The notes under the pieces: model-generated | Database searches by the model: none | The model's input: only the letters and a program-made list of their open reading frames with translations | What the model was told of the DNA's origin: nothing | Assembly (NCBI GenBank): GCA_050179755.1 | Contig: JBFXEV010000001.1 | Span: 1,065,994 to 1,129,993 of the forward strand | Direction: 5' to 3' | Length of the DNA: 64,000 nucleotides | Source of the DNA: Candidatus Babeliales bacterium | GTDB lineage: Bacteria > Babelota > Babeliae > Babelales > JBFXEV01 | Position numbers and translations under genes: made by a program | Shown: positions 27,974-36,192 of the stretch, one piece after another | Position numbering within the stretch: the first letter of the stretch is position 1 | How the letters are laid out: the number at the start of each line of letters is the position of its first letter

Positions 27974-28903
27974 CTAAGGCTTAGATTGCATTTTTGGTGA
28001 TGTGGCGATCATTTTATGTATCGTTTGTAAAATAGTAATTTCTAATTCTTTGGCGGCAACTTGCGGGAGCAATTTTTTGCCTAATGTTATCTTACTTTTC
28101 ATTATTGCAGGAATTAATTGTGTGGCAATCAGTAAGGCAACATCTTTACCAAAGATAGTTTTCTTGCCTGGATCATTACAGGGGTTAGTTAAACTAATGA
28201 GTGCCGGAATAATATGCTTAATTTCTTGTGGAGCTAGTGTTGTTGCTAATGCTTTTCTAGTACGTTGGCTTCGCTTTGAGGAAATTTCCAGTAAAGTAGT
28301 GCCCGTGGCATCGGCAGTGTTTATATCAGCGCCAGCTTCAATGAGTATTGGAATCGCTTGCCATACGTCTTTTTTTACTGCTAAAAATAAGGGTGTTTCA
28401 CCGCATCCGTTTGGTGTGTTTACGCGCGCTCCAGAGTTTATGAGTGTTTTTATGCCAGAAAGAGCACATACTCGCACGGCAGCGTGTAATGGCGTATTAA
28501 GCCTTTGATCTTGCGCATTGGGATCAGCACCCCACGCAATTAATATTTGTGGCGTGATTGGACTGGTAGTTGTTTTGCTAGGTGCACTATAAAATGCATA
28601 GTGTAAAGGTGTTGCTCCGCGTAAATCACGAATAGTTGGCTTTGCCCCTGCATCTAAAAGACATTGTGTCTTTACACTATCATTATTGCGGGCTGATTCA
28701 AATAATGAGTTATCCATCAGCCGTCGCTCCTCTGGAGCTTCCGCTACGCCTAAGCTAGAGCATGTCCAGATGGCGTAATTGGTATCACGACGTCCTTCGA
28801 CAAGCTCAGGATGAGCGGATTTTGGCGAAGTCTGATTCATTGCCTTAACTTGCCCTGACAAAATGTAGGCAAGAATGGCTGCTAATTGAAAAAATGGTTT
28901 CAT
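27974..28903 (-). CDS. Secreted ankyrin-repeat protein with in-frame palindromic repeat insertion
   Basis: GATPLHYA, NTPLHAAV, GETPLFLAV; signal ending QVKA-M. Confidence 0.9.
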   Translation of the reverse strand: MKPFFQLAAILAYILSGQVKAMNQTSPKSAHPELVEGRRDTNYAIWTCSSLGVAEAPEERRLMDNSLFESARNNDSVKTQCLLDAGAKPTIRDLRGATPLHYAFYSAPSKTTTSPITPQILIAWGADPNAQDQRLNTPLHAAVRVCALSGIKTLINSGARVNTPNGCGETPLFLAVKKDVWQAIPILIEAGADINTADATGTTLLEISSKRSQRTRKALATTLAPQEIKHIIPALISLTNPCNDPGKKTIFGKDVALLIATQLIPAIMKSKITLGKKLLPQVAAKELEITILQTIHKMIATSPKMQSKP

Positions 28904-28984
28904 GAATTATTAATTTCTCTGTTAATTAAGATATTCCGTGCTATTGTATTGCAGTTTTGTAAGTGAAGTAGTTATGATGCATCA

Positions 28985-29683
28985 TCATTCAATAAATTGT
29001 GTAATCTTTGAACAAATATTCAGCGTTTCTTTGCTTGCGCAATATTCAGTAATCTTGCCACGTTCAAGATAATACACCCGGTCAATAACTTGGCGTATAA
29101 AACTTGTGTCTTGGCTTGAAAGACCAATAGCAATTCCTTGTGTTGCCAAATTTTGCAAAATGCTCACTAAAATAGTGGTGTTTTCAGGATCAAGTGATGC
29201 GGTGGGTTCGTCGAGCAATAAAACTCTTGGATTCAAGCATAATGCTCGTGCAATGGCAACGCGTTGCTGCTGACCGCCAGAAAGTTCTTGCGGATATTTT
29301 TGCGCATATTCTTGCATGCCAAGTTGTTGCAAAGTATCATGTGCACGTTTTTCGGCTTCTGGCGTGGCTACGCCTTGCACGAATAATGGGTCACTGCAAT
29401 TTTGCAGGGCCGTTAAGTGTGGGAACAAATTAAAATCTTGGAATACAAAACCAATCTGTTGTGAGCGTTCTTTTGCAGAAAGTGAACTTAATTGCTTGTT
29501 GTTAATTGTAATGCTTCCACGAGTTGTGGTGATAAGCCCTGCAAGGGCTTTTAGTAACGTTGTTTTGCCCGCACCACTTTTACCAATACATGCGGTAATG
29601 CGCCCTGGCTCTAGTGCACATGACGCTTCAGAAAGTATTGTTTGATTGTTTATGAGTAACGTAATGTTATTAGCGATAACCAT
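28985..29683 (-). CDS. Polar amino-acid ABC transporter ATPase (second system)
   Basis: GKSGAGKTT, LSGGQQQR, LLLDEPTASLDP. Confidence 0.95.
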   Translation of the reverse strand: MVIANNITLLINNQTILSEASCALEPGRITACIGKSGAGKTTLLKALAGLITTTRGSITINNKQLSSLSAKERSQQIGFVFQDFNLFPHLTALQNCSDPLFVQGVATPEAEKRAHDTLQQLGMQEYAQKYPQELSGGQQQRVAIARALCLNPRVLLLDEPTASLDPENTTILVSILQNLATQGIAIGLSSQDTSFIRQVIDRVYYLERGKITEYCASKETLNICSKITQFIE

Positions 29684-30326
29684 ATGATGTCCTTTGTTCA
29701 GTGTAAACTAAAGCGCCTTGGAGCACTGCAGAAAGTAGTAAGTACAGACAAGCAATTAAAATATAAACGGGCACGGGGTTAAGTTCCCGCGAAATAATAT
29801 TCATACCAGCACGCGTTAGATCCATCACGCCAATTGCTGCAAAGAGAGCAGTGCTTTTTAGTATTTGTTCACCTTCACCAAAAAGTGCTGGCGCAATGGT
29901 GCGTATCGTTTGTGGCAAGATAATGCGTTTGAGCGTCGGTAATAATGGATAGCCAAGTACGCTGCATGCTTGCCATTGCCCTTTGGGGACGGCATTTATG
30001 CCAGAGCGAATAATTTCAGTAACATAGCCGCTTGAACAAAAAGCAAGTGCGCCAGATGCCGCTATAAATCCGGATAGATTAATGCCAAGGAGCGCAGGTA
30101 GCGCAAAGTATGCAATAAGAATTTGCACGTAGGCAGGAATACCTTTTGCAATAAACGTGTAGATCCTTATGCACGTTTGCAGTCGTTTATATGCCAAGTA
30201 TCTGCAGCTTACAATGCCAAATATGGTGCCGATGCTGATGCTAATAAGTGCCACTAATAGCCAGGCTGCAACAGTTGTTGCAGCGCCAGTCATAAGTAAT
30301 GATGTATAAGGAGCTATACTTTGCAT
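29670..30326 (-). CDS. Polar amino-acid ABC permease (second system)
   Basis: KGIPAYVQ, EIIRSGINAVPKGQWQA, IILPQ. Confidence 0.93.
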   Translation of the reverse strand: MQSIAPYTSLLMTGAATTVAAWLLVALISISIGTIFGIVSCRYLAYKRLQTCIRIYTFIAKGIPAYVQILIAYFALPALLGINLSGFIAASGALAFCSSGYVTEIIRSGINAVPKGQWQACSVLGYPLLPTLKRIILPQTIRTIAPALFGEGEQILKSTALFAAIGVMDLTRAGMNIISRELNPVPVYILIACLYLLLSAVLQGALVYTEQRTSYGYR

Positions 30327-31105
30327 GAGATTCCCCATTTTAGTTCAAAGGCCCGTAACATGCCCTGATTTTGTAACTGAGCAATGGCATCGGTTATTTG
30401 CTGTATGAGCTTTTTGTTTTCTTTCTTGATGGCAATACCGGTTCCCATTACTTGAAATTCTTCTGCAAGAGGGACTTCAAGAATTTTGGTTTCAGGAAAC
30501 CTGTTTTTAAACTTTGCAGCAATTGCCGGTTCCACGAGCGCAGCTTGTGCTTTGCCATATTGAATCATGAGTAACGCATCATCAACGCGTTCAGTGCTGA
30601 GCTTTGTGATATTTGGATATGTGTTGAGCACAGCTTCTTGTGATGAAGCAGGCTCCACACATATGGTCATGCCATTCATATCAGCAATGCTTGTAATGCC
30701 TTGTGGTATCTCTTTCCAAAATAGAAGTGAATAAGCGTTTACATCATCACCTTGATAGCGCACCATGGCAACTTTTTCAAGTCGTGCTTTGGTGATAGAT
30801 AATCCCCAAATTATTGCATCAATGCTGCCTTGTTCAAGTGCAATAAAAAGTGGCGCCATAGAACCTAGATCTTTGAGCACTAATGTTTTGCCCATTTGCT
30901 GTGCAAGAGCATTGGCCACATCAATATCAAAGCCTTCGTAATCGCCTTGCGCGTTTACGCTTACAAAGGGTGCATAATTACCCACGGTGCCAACAACAAA
31001 AACATCACCTTGCGATGATGGTAATGTTGCTTTTTTAAATAGCAGATAACTACCAATTAAAGAAATAAATGCCACAAAAAGCATTATATTTGTTTTATAG
31101 TTCAT
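30314..31105 (-). CDS. Polar amino-acid ABC substrate-binding protein (possibly histidine)
   Basis: VGTVGNYAPF, GFDIDVA, GLSITKAR; preceded by a His-codon leader. Confidence 0.92.
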   Translation of the reverse strand: MNYKTNIMLFVAFISLIGSYLLFKKATLPSSQGDVFVVGTVGNYAPFVSVNAQGDYEGFDIDVANALAQQMGKTLVLKDLGSMAPLFIALEQGSIDAIIWGLSITKARLEKVAMVRYQGDDVNAYSLLFWKEIPQGITSIADMNGMTICVEPASSQEAVLNTYPNITKLSTERVDDALLMIQYGKAQAALVEPAIAAKFKNRFPETKILEVPLAEEFQVMGTGIAIKKENKKLIQQITDAIAQLQNQGMLRAFELKWGISCKV

Positions 31106-31200
31106 AATAAATCCTCTAGTGATATTTGCTCTAAAAGAGTTTACGCAAATAAAACTAACTACAATGTGCGTATTAAAATTAAAATTAAGTTAAATAAAGT

Positions 31201-31220
31201 GAGATAAGATGACTTATCCC
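31201..31220 (-). terminator. Attenuator terminator hairpin
   Basis: Minus strand gggataag-tcat-cttatctc followed by an AU/U-rich tract. Confidence 0.65.
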
Positions 31221-31250
31221 GAATGAGTTCCATTGGAACGAAATGAGGGA

Positions 31251-31355
31251 TTAATGATGATGTGGATGAGAGAAAGAAGAAATAGAGATAGAGAACGCAG
31301 AGAATGCGCTTGAAATTTGATTGCGGGAAAGAGGGTTGTTTTGAGTAGGTATCAT
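31251..31355 (-). CDS. Leader peptide MIPTQNNPLSRNQISSAFSAFSISISSFSHPHHH (34 aa)
   Basis: AGGAG RBS; ends CAT CCA CAT CAT CAT TAA; followed by mutually exclusive hairpins. Confidence 0.75.
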   Translation of the reverse strand: MIPTQNNPLSRNQISSAFSAFSISISSFSHPHHH

Positions 31356-31400
31356 GATTACTCCTTTGATTACCTAACGGAATTATACTGTACAGTAGTT

Positions 31401-31429
31401 ACTATAATAAATAAACTTCTATTTGTCAA
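31401..31429 (-). promoter_or_regulatory. Sigma70 promoter of the leader/ABC operon
   Basis: TTGACA-17 nt-TATAGT on the minus strand. Confidence 0.75.
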
Positions 31430-31498
31430 TCTCATAAATTGTTTTAGAAAAGGCGAATGTCATTTTGTGCATTCGCCCATTCAGATAATAATTATAGA

Positions 31499-31753
31499 TT
31501 AGCCTTCAGCAGGTGGATTTGAGTCTGAGTTGTCTCGTGGCTTTGGCTTAAAAAACTTACTTAAGCTCGGGCGGGGGTGATAATGATTGGGGGTCATGTT
31601 GCCTTGATTTTGCATAGTTGATTTACCAACAACATAACCAACTACTAAGCCACTCATGCCTAATGCCGCAGCAGTTTTCTTGGGTCCGCCAGCGTTTGCT
31701 GCTAAGGTAACAAGCGAGCTTGCAAGAATTATTGTTTTGAATATGAGATTCAT
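31499..31753 (-). CDS. Small hypothetical secreted/membrane protein
   Basis: AAGGAA RBS, signal peptide, Gly-rich TM; downstream hairpin ggcgaatg...cattcgcc (31452-31477). Confidence 0.7.
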   Translation of the reverse strand: MNLIFKTIILASSLVTLAANAGGPKKTAAALGMSGLVVGYVVGKSTMQNQGNMTPNHYHPRPSLSKFFKPKPRDNSDSNPPAEG

Positions 31754-31797
31754 GAAAATGTTCCTTTCTATAAGGTGTTGTACGATATGCTTGTTTT

Positions 31798-33219
31798 TTA
31801 AGTCAATTTTTGGTCATTAAATTTACAACGCGCAGATTTAAAGCCCTCTTGATATTCAGGACGCTTGTTTTCTAAATACTTAAAGAGCATTACAGTTGCG
31901 CAGGTAGCTGCGCCAAATATGAGCGTGCCTTTACCGAAAAATGAAAAGCATTTCCAGGCGAAAATGGCCTTCTTTGGTGTTGGTATTTTGTGCATTTGGG
32001 GTGCATATTTAATCAGGTCTGCTGTGGCAAGCAAAACAACGCTCAGGCAAGTTGAACCTACATAAAATGATCCAGCTGCAGTATAAGCAAGCACATCTTG
32101 AACCTTTTCGCTGACAATTGCTTTTTTTATAGTGCCTGTTGCTCTCTGAAAGTGAGTAGGAGTTATTGCATTTTTTATTTTTGTTATTTCTTCTTTACTC
32201 AAACGATTGCAGCTTAAATCAATTTTAATATTTTCAATGTTAGAAAACGTACCATTTTCAATTTTTTCAATTTCATTGCTATGTAGTATAAGACCAAAGC
32301 CTGCAGGCATCTTTTTGAAGTCAATTCTTCTCAAGTAACGCATTTTATTATTTGCAAGATTAAGGCATTGTAAATTAGGAAAAATGGCAAGTAATTGTGG
32401 CAAGTTAACTCTCGTTAATTGATTATCATGCAAATCAAGAAGCGTTACTTCTTGCGGATTAACAACGGATGTAACTTTTTGAATATCAAATAGGCTAGTA
32501 AGTCCTTTACCTGCAAGAATAAGTGCTTTATGTTGGCCCTTTAATGTTATATGCCAGTGATTTGGAAGTTTTACCGTGCAATTTGATGTAATATCATCAG
32601 TACCTATTATTTCTTGAGCAATTAACTTCTCAATTTGTTTACTATATCGTGCAAATAATTCATAGGTACTCATATCTTCTTTAATATTTTCAACTAGCAA
32701 GTTGTAATAATTACAAAGGGCGTGCATGAGAGTTGGTTTTATGGCCAAATATTCTGCGGTGTGTAATAGAGTGCGCGCTGTCTCGGGGCTTTGTAAACTT
32801 ATTTCTTTGGGGTTGTGCACGCACTCAAAAAGTACAGTAAGAGTAGGCGCTGTTAAATCAATTGCGGGATTATCGTAAATATCTTTTTGTGTGTTAGGTG
32901 TTGCAAATGAGAGTGCGCAATCACGGTGTGTTTTAAATTGCTTTTTTAGTATACTTTTGATGAATTCGCTTTTTTGCGCTAATTTTGGTTCAATTTCAAT
33001 AATTTGGTTGTCTGCGCATTTGATTCGTATGTTTGGATTATCAAATCCAAATGTGGTTGGAACAACGCGAGTACCTATTGCAAATGGATTTTTGCCCTGG
33101 CCATATTTTTTTTCAAATACGCGCTTCAAGGCAGTAAGATTTGGGTGTTGCTCCATAGCTTGTATAATGCCTGTACAAAGCAAAAGAGTACTTATAATGG
33201 CTCGTAATGTTTTTTTCAT
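31798..33219 (-). CDS. Secreted leucine-rich-repeat protein with Skp1/POZ-like N-terminal region and C-terminal TMs
   Basis: LDLHDNQL, LNLANNKM, LILHSNEI, IDLSCNRL LRRs; IKCADNQIIEIE...AQKSEFIKSIL and LLHTAEYL resemble Skp1/BTB. Confidence 0.8.
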   Translation of the reverse strand: MKKTLRAIISTLLLCTGIIQAMEQHPNLTALKRVFEKKYGQGKNPFAIGTRVVPTTFGFDNPNIRIKCADNQIIEIEPKLAQKSEFIKSILKKQFKTHRDCALSFATPNTQKDIYDNPAIDLTAPTLTVLFECVHNPKEISLQSPETARTLLHTAEYLAIKPTLMHALCNYYNLLVENIKEDMSTYELFARYSKQIEKLIAQEIIGTDDITSNCTVKLPNHWHITLKGQHKALILAGKGLTSLFDIQKVTSVVNPQEVTLLDLHDNQLTRVNLPQLLAIFPNLQCLNLANNKMRYLRRIDFKKMPAGFGLILHSNEIEKIENGTFSNIENIKIDLSCNRLSKEEITKIKNAITPTHFQRATGTIKKAIVSEKVQDVLAYTAAGSFYVGSTCLSVVLLATADLIKYAPQMHKIPTPKKAIFAWKCFSFFGKGTLIFGAATCATVMLFKYLENKRPEYQEGFKSARCKFNDQKLT

Positions 33220-33544
33220 AATACTCCTATATGGCTTCTGTAAAACCAAATATTATATTTCTAATTGTATATTAAATTTAATATTTGTCAAGCGGATTTG
33301 GTGGGTTAATAGGCGCATTAATGCAGGCTTGACAAGCAGATTTTAAGCGCAGCGGCTTAAGTTGCTTTTTCTTATAGGTTGCCAGACCTGCTAGAGCAGT
33401 TTAAGAGCCTTTACAAAGGGCATTTTTTGGGCAATACTTAACTATATTTATATCATATAAACCTGTTCCTTCTTTAATCTGAAAGCTGATCTTGGTATTG
33501 ACCCAGGGGGCCTATGGCAGAGGAACTTTCAAAGGATACACACC

Positions 33545-33763
33545 GTGAAAACAGGTATTCACCCAGAATTACATGAAGTGACAATTACATGTGCATGTGG
33601 CAATGCTATTACTACGCGTTCTACCATGAAAGATGTAACCGTGACGCTATGCTCAAAATGCCACCCGTTCTTTACTGGCGAACAAAAGTTTGTAGATACA
33701 GCGGGCCGTATTGAGAAGTTCCAAGCTCGTTATAAAGCACCAGAGACGAAAAAGAAGAAGTAA
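33545..33763 (+). CDS. rpmE: 50S ribosomal protein L31 (zinc-binding type)
   Basis: MKTGIHP, CACG, CSKCHPFFTG, DTAGRIEKF. Confidence 0.97.
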   Translation: MKTGIHPELHEVTITCACGNAITTRSTMKDVTVTLCSKCHPFFTGEQKFVDTAGRIEKFQARYKAPETKKKK

Positions 33764-33825
33764 CCGTCTCATCTAGCCTTTTGGCTAGCTAATTCGGTCA
33801 AGACTTAATGGAAATGAAACAATAG

Positions 33826-34896
33826 ATGCAGATTGATTGGAGCAGCCTTCAGTCACGATATCAAGCTATTAATGAGCAATTGATGTCTGGCGATATTGAT
33901 AACCGTAAGCGGTCTGAGCTTCAAAGTGAAGCAAAGCACCTCAAGACGTTACTTGATGCACACACGCATATTCAAGAAGTTGAAAAACAACTTTCTGATG
34001 CCCGTGAGCAAGAAGCTCAAGCTGCTGATCCTGAGTATAAAGAGCTATTTACCCAAGAAATTACCGAACTCTCTGATAAATTACAGGTGGCACAAGATGA
34101 ATTAGAATATCTTATTGTGCCTCCTGATATTATGGATGAACGGTCTGTGTTTCTTGAAGTCCGTGCCGGCGCTGGAGGCAAAGAAGCCTCACTATTTGCC
34201 TCTGATTTGGTGCGTATGTATACCAACTATGCAATTGCCAAGGGTTGGCAAGTTGATCTTGCCGATATGAGCAACACAGAGCTTGGGGGCGTGCGAGAAG
34301 CAACGCTTCACATTCAAGGCAAAGGTGCGTATGCGCATTTAAAAAAAGAAGCTGGCGTGCATCGTGTGCAGCGTGTTCCTAAAACGGAAACGCAAGGTAG
34401 AGTGCATACGTCTACAGCAACTATCGCTGTAATGCCTGAAGCAAAAGAAGTAGATATTGATATTAATCCTGCGGATTTGCGCGTTGATACGTACCGGGCA
34501 AGTGGTGCAGGTGGTCAGCACGTAAATAAAACAGATTCTGCCATTCGTATAACACATATTCCTACGGGCGTAGTGGTTGCGTGCCAAGAAGAACGCTCAC
34601 AACATAAAAATAGAGCTAAAGCTCTTAAAATGCTGCAGTCTCGGTTGCTCCAAGCTGAGCGTGAAAAACAAGAAGCTCTAGAGGCAAAGCAACGCAAAGA
34701 CCAAGTAGGGTCTGCCATGCGTTCTGAAAAAGTGCGCACCTATAACTATCCTCAAAATCGCGTGACCGATCATCAGGTTGAATTGACGCTTAATAAGCTT
34801 GATATGATCATGGAAGGTCAGCTTGATGAAATTGTTGCTGCACTTATGCAGCATGAGCGAGAAGAGCGCAAAAGACTTGCTATTGCAAAGGTATAG
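33826..34896 (+). CDS. prfA: Peptide chain release factor 1
   Basis: [10 protein letters not shown] (PxT), [21 protein letters not shown]. Confidence 0.97.
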   Translation: MQIDWSSLQSRYQAINEQLMSGDIDNRKRSELQSEAKHLKTLLDAHTHIQEVEKQLSDAREQEAQAADPEYKELFTQEITELSDKLQVAQDELEYLIVPPDIMDERSVFLEVRAGAGGKEASLFASDLVRMYTNYAIAKGWQVDLADMSNTELGGVREATLHIQGKGAYAHLKKEAGVHRVQRVPKTETQGRVHTSTATIAVMPEAKEVDIDINPADLRVDTYRASGAGGQHVNKTDSAIRITHIPTGVVVACQEERSQHKNRAKALKMLQSRLLQAEREKQEALEAKQRKDQVGSAMRSEKVRTYNYPQNRVTDHQVELTLNKLDMIMEGQLDEIVAALMQHEREERKRLAIAKV

Positions 34897-35010
34897 TCCT
34901 CATCGCTCAGAGCGCTGTGCCCGCCGTAGCCAGCCAAGTTTGAAGACCTGGATTGGCGTAGGCCGGGAGTGTTCTTCAAGCCTTCAGGCTATGACGGATG
35001 TATCGAGGGG
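34897..35010. repeat. GC-rich palindromic repeat cluster after prfA
   Basis: cccgccgtagcc...ggcgtaggccggg; terminal gtatcgaggg is the reverse complement of ccctcgatac at 20840. Confidence 0.7.
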
Positions 35011-35177
35011 TTGCAAAGGTTTAACTACCAATATCTCCTGCTGATGCAGGTTTATAAACCTGACAAATAAACTATCAATATATCTATAAATATCAATATA
35101 TAGATCTAATCGATGTATCCAAAATGTTATATTTAAACCTGTAAATAAAAGTTTTTATAAAAACTTATCAAAAACCC

Positions 35178-35207
35178 TTGCTTATCGAGCTTTCAATAAG
35201 TTATAGT
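35178..35207 (+). promoter_or_regulatory. Candidate sigma70 promoter for the hairpin array
   Basis: TTGCTT-18 nt-TATAGT, placing +1 at about the start of hairpin unit 1. Confidence 0.55.
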
Positions 35208-35210
35208 ATA

Positions 35211-35560
35211 AGTAGGAAGTGGCTTGAAGAGTAGTAACTTGATACAAGTTATGAGATCTCCCAAAAGAGAGGCCTTAAAGTCCACTTCCTACTAAAATTG
35301 ACATATAAGTTGGAGATATTTAAGGTGTTTTTAACTGAGGTTAAAAGGCGAGTGAGTAATCAGCACAGTAAATATCTCCTCTAAATTGGGAAACGTTAAC
35401 AGGCGTTCTTATGCATTTATCTTTAAAAGGAGACAATGAGTAATGAATCTTAAGTGACGTTTCCCTCTAAATTGGGAAACGTAACAGGCGTTCTTATGAA
35501 TTTATCTTTAAAAGGAGACAATACGTAATGAATCTTAAGTGACGTTTCCCTTTATTTTTT
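35211..35560 (+). ncRNA. Candidate ncRNA: array of four end-paired hairpin units
   Basis: Units 35211-35293, 35312-35379, 35388-35465 and 35474-35550, each closed by a 9-12 bp stem; tctaaatt linkers; U-rich tail. Confidence 0.65.
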
Positions 35561-36077
35561 TAAACATTCTAAGCACTGATTGTTCGCGAGTGGGAAGCTC
35601 GCTCATATCTAATTTTATCCAACGTAATTCTTTTGATTCATGATTTTGTATAACTTGCTCATCGCTGGTTACCTGCAATAAAAACCGTATATCATAATGA
35701 TCATGCGCAGGTTCATGTGTGCGCTCAGGGATTTGATGGATATCAATATCAAAAATTTCCAATGAAACCGGCTCAATGCCGCGTATGCCAGATTCTTCTT
35801 GCGCTTCTCTGAGTGCTACTTTGAGTACGTCAGTATCGCCATCACAATGTCCGCCAAGTTGTAGCCACTTATCAAGTTTGGTGTGGTGCAAAAGCAAAGC
35901 ATGCGTGTGAGCTTTATTGAGTATAAATGCAGAGCCTGTAATATGGCCTATTGCAAGCGTACGTTCAAAGCAATTAGCATATGTGTTGATAAACTTGATC
36001 GTACGTTCTTTATATTCAGTTTCTTCATGTGTGGGATGATATGCCGCAAGAAGTTTAAGTAGTTGATTTCTATGCAT
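35535..36077 (-). CDS. NUDIX hydrolase
   Basis: GHITGSA, WLQLGGHCDG..VALREAQEESG Nudix box, HDHYDIRFL. Confidence 0.93.
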   Translation of the reverse strand: MHRNQLLKLLAAYHPTHEETEYKERTIKFINTYANCFERTLAIGHITGSAFILNKAHTHALLLHHTKLDKWLQLGGHCDGDTDVLKVALREAQEESGIRGIEPVSLEIFDIDIHQIPERTHEPAHDHYDIRFLLQVTSDEQVIQNHESKELRWIKLDMSELPTREQSVLRMFKKIKGNVT

Positions 36078-36192
36078 GAAATGTTCCGTATAATGCTTGA
36101 AAAAAGAGCGCACCTTTTAAATTGTTGACTATTGAAACGGCACTGGCCTATGCTTTGTTATGTATAGTATAAGGCACAAAAAAGGGATATCA

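Noticed and set aside
28002..28508. 168-aa + strand ORF and the many other 60-150 aa overlapping ORFs in the track
   Set aside because: Antisense or out-of-frame to well-supported genes, with no motifs or RBS.
35041..35175. Replication origin (AT-rich; repeated aaacctg..aaataaa and tatcaatatat)
   Set aside because: No clear TTATCCACA boxes and no dnaA context; more likely regulator sites for the hairpin array.
35378..35550. CRISPR array or simple tandem repeat
   Set aside because: There are no constant repeats with unique spacers and no cas genes; the whole 86-bp unit is duplicated, and upstream units share structure rather than a repeat.
35211..35550. tRNA cluster or type III toxin-antitoxin array
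   Set aside because: No TTC T-loop, D-arm or CCA; no co-oriented toxin ORF downstream (the NUDIX gene is convergent).
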